64,000 nt of DNA, from positions 46,996,001-47,060,000 of the forward strand of contig NC_088853.1 in assembly GCF_963853765.1 (NCBI RefSeq), given 5' to 3'. Source of the DNA: Magallana gigas. Its lineage: Eukaryota. Both the position numbers and the translations under genes were made by a program. The notes beneath the pieces were generated by a model that had not been told where the DNA came from, did no database searches, and saw only the letters and a program-made list of their open reading frames with translations. How positions within the stretch are numbered: position 1 is the stretch's first letter; the number at the start of each line of letters is the position of its first letter. Below, piece after piece: positions 61,306 through 64,000 of this stretch.

Positions 61306-63569
61306 CTATTTTCTAATTTTTTAATGTCCATGAGTATCCGTGTGTATACCTGTATCAAGTACATAACGCTTGTCATCATATAGACTTGAGTTGTTTTACG
61401 TATTGACACAGAATACAATTGGTGGTTGACACTTCTTCTTTCTCTTTTTTTTTTAATTCACACATTCTGCAGACATTCAATGCATGATTAAGTTGCTTTA
61501 AGTATACCGGTAATAATTCAGAAGTACAAAATTTTATTTGAGAGAGAGAGAGAGGGGAGGGAGAGAGAGAGATAGAGAAGGAAAATTCAAGTAAAAATTG
61601 GATTCCAGATGTTTCAATGAGTATCAAAAATCTCATTTTCACCTTTTTTGTAAGAAATAAATTTCTGTGTTTCTTAGAAGAGCTTTAAAGACGACATTGC
61701 ATAAGAAACACTCAACTGTTTCTCAGTACACCTTGCTGTGTAAATAAAGTACTTTAACCAAAGAAAAATGATATTAAGGATATCTTTGCTTTTACCAAGG
61801 ATGCCTAGAATGAAAGTTTTCTTGGTAAATGTAACCTTAAAATTGATTTTTTCTTCTAAAGAATCACAATCCCACAATATATGTTCTATAGTTTCCTCTT
61901 CTCTGTGACAAAAGGTACACATTTTAGAGTTTACTTTTTTAATTTTGAATAAAAAAGGGTTTGTTGCTAAAATGTTGTTGATTATTCTGTATTGGAACCA
62001 CTGAAGTTTACATTTTTTTGTTATTACAAAAGGTAGTTTATTGATTAATTTCCATTCCATGTCCTCTATATCTAATAATTCATTCCACCTTCTTTTACCT
62101 GTTATCACAGATATTATTGTTTAAAATATCATAAAAGAACTTTGACTTTTAACATTTCATAACTTTATATATGTTTTCTCTGATAAGCGGGTTTGCTAAT
62201 TTTCTTAAAGTTTGGTTTTCACCCAATTTTCTGATGTATGTCTGCCACCTTGATTAACTGCAGATGTTATGTTTGTATAAAAAATCTTTACCCGCTGTCT
62301 AATAGTGGGACCAAAGTTAAAACAATCTAAAGTTTGCTTTATAAAATTCCAAGATCAGGTATCAAAAGCCTTTTCAAAGTCGATAAGCAATCAAAGACCG
62401 GGAATTTCTTAATCTTCGGTATATTGCATTCTGTCAAATAATAACCTTGTGTTTTCTCCAATATATCTATAAGACATAAATCCAGTTTGATCTGGATTTA
62501 TAAGTTTATGTAAATATTTTTTTAATCTAACAGCAATACACCTAGATGCAATTTTGTACACAGTATCTAATAGAGTTATAGGACGCCAGTTCTTAATATA
62601 GTGTCTAGCTTTGTCACCTTTAGGTAGCAAAGTAATTACACCATGTCTTTGTGTGACTCATAATATATTATTTTTATATCTATAATTTATAGATCTAACA
62701 ACAAAAACACCAATGTATTTCCAAAAAACCTTAAAAAATTCTGAAGAAAAACCATTCGATCCAGGTAATTAGCTTTCATACTAGAAAGTGTTTTTGATGC
62801 CTCGCTAAAAGTAAATTCACCCTCTTAAGAATCTGATTCCGTTTCGGACAGTTTAGGAATGTCAGCATATATTAATTCATTATTTAAACCAAAGTTGACA
62901 TTATCTAACTTGTGTTCATATAATTTTGTATAAAAGATTTTAGTTTTAGTGGTTGACACTTCTTATCATATTCAGTGATTGCTTCATAGAACTATGATCA
63001 AAGAGAGCTTGCTTATAAGATTCGTGTTTCAAATCTTTTTCAATCACCGACTTTTTCACTCCCTTTGCAGTTTTCTTTTCTTGGCCATCGTATAACAAAC
63101 TGTACATTTTAGGTCTTAGTCCAATAAATTCTTGTATCGGTGTTCCCCCACATTCATCTTTCATTTTTCCAAGAACTTTACAGTTCGTTTTGGAATACAG
63201 AAAGTGGTGTTTGTTAAAATTACTGGAGATGTTTATACATGTCCTAATAAATATCGTCTATTTGAATTTCATAACAAAGGCTATCTGTGTCGGTACAAAG
63301 AAGACTAGCTGTATCTCCATAAGTGGATTTCATAAACTCATAATGCAACTGAAACATGAGCAGCTTAGCGAGGTCGAGTATACCGAAGCCGGCATAAATG
63401 GGTTGATTTAAGGACAATGTTTGATTTTCTAAGATTGACCGCCACCAAATCTTCATTATATATCTTAAAGAATTGAAAGTTTGGTTTGGCACACACCTTA
63501 CGCAATCTCCGTTTAGTGTGCACCAATTCCAAATTTACTCTTTTTCTCATGTTTTCCAGGGTTTATCCA
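61306..63569 (-). pseudogene. Polinton polB C-terminal remnant, right copy, split by a Tx1 LINE
   Basis: 63569..62949 is the inverted near-identical copy of 57350..57984. After the LINE, 61437..61306 resumes RSVNHQLYS..YDDKRYVLDTGIHTDTHGH, the polB C-terminus. Confidence 0.92.
61438..62948 (-). mobile_element. 5'-truncated, internally deleted Tx1/L1-clade LINE with 16-bp TSD
   Basis: PGSNGFSSEFFKVFW, KNWRPITLL, DQTGF, LIDFEKAFD, then a jump to zf-RVT (CTFCHREEETIEHILWDC) and an A-rich tail. TSD GTGGTTGACACTTCTT at 61422..61437 and 62949..62964. Confidence 0.92.
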
Positions 63570-63739
63570 AACATTCCACCCGATCGATTGCACAGGTGAT
63601 TGAAATGACCAGTGACCTACTTATCAGTCATCCCTCAATACTCGTTATATAGTGAGGGATATCTTCTATATAATTCAATGTGAGGAATAGTGAGGGATGC
63701 CTTCTATTTTCTTATAAGACGGATGGGTGGCGCAGAACT
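63570..63739 (-). repeat. Polinton terminal repeat, copy C (170 bp)
   Basis: Ends ..GGGTGGCGCAGAACT, the inverted counterpart of copies A and B. Confidence 0.78.
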
Positions 63740-63839
63740 GTCTTTTCCTATAAAGCTCTTCAACAACTAATTCAGGAGACATTTCCCAAACTAACGTTGA
63801 ATAATTTCTTTTCAGGATCTCTCGGTGAGCGTCTTCCAT
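63740..63839 (-). pseudogene. Second, inverted copy of the CARD-like exon fragment
   Basis: Identical to 57094..57193 on the minus strand. Homology with the left flank continues to the window end (64000 pairs with 56932). Confidence 0.55.
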
Positions 63840-64000
63840 CGTTAAAATTTCAAGTAAAAATGATATAGAAAAAGTGTGGCATGCAAGTACTTATAGTCTT
63901 TACCGCATTCCTTTCTCTCACATGTTTTAGATTGGCTATGAAAATATTGTACATTCCTTAAAGTCTGAGCTAAAAATACTCATGATGCAAATGTCTGCAA

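Larger units (their letters stand above)
57992..63739. mobile_element. Internally deleted, decayed Polinton/Maverick
   Basis: Inverted terminal repeats (57992..58152 and 63570..63739) enclose integrase, ZnF-ATPase and a ZnF ORF (+ strand) and a convergent polB remnant (- strand). No capsid or protease genes are seen. Confidence 0.88.

Overview
AT-rich eukaryotic (bivalve) genomic DNA, most likely Pacific oyster (Magallana/Crassostrea gigas) or a close relative, judged from Helentron/HINE elements and Cg170-like repeats. There are two N gaps. Host genes: (i) a 19-exon AP-4 complex subunit epsilon gene (AP4E1, 354..12673, +), rebuilt by hand to 990 aa. It has one GC-AG intron and one U12-type intron, and appears to lack the C-terminal ear domain. 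(ii) Three exons of a secreted multi-EGF (MEGF10/SCARF-like) gene (50337..56083, +). The rest is satellites, a 2.7-kb tandem duplication, MITEs, HINEs, a SINE and decayed LINEs, including a deeply nested TE stack at 39-42.8 kb. The most striking structure is at 57-64 kb. A decayed, internally deleted Polinton/Maverick (integrase, C2H2-ZnF-packaging ATPase, an intact ZnF ORF, polB remnant) has three copies of its terminal repeat. Both outer termini abut the same host sequence, the 5' part of a CARD-like exon, in inverted orientation. This makes a >1-kb-arm palindrome that runs off the window end. No CRISPR, rRNA or bona fide tRNA gene was seen. All annotation was done by eye; no database searches were run.
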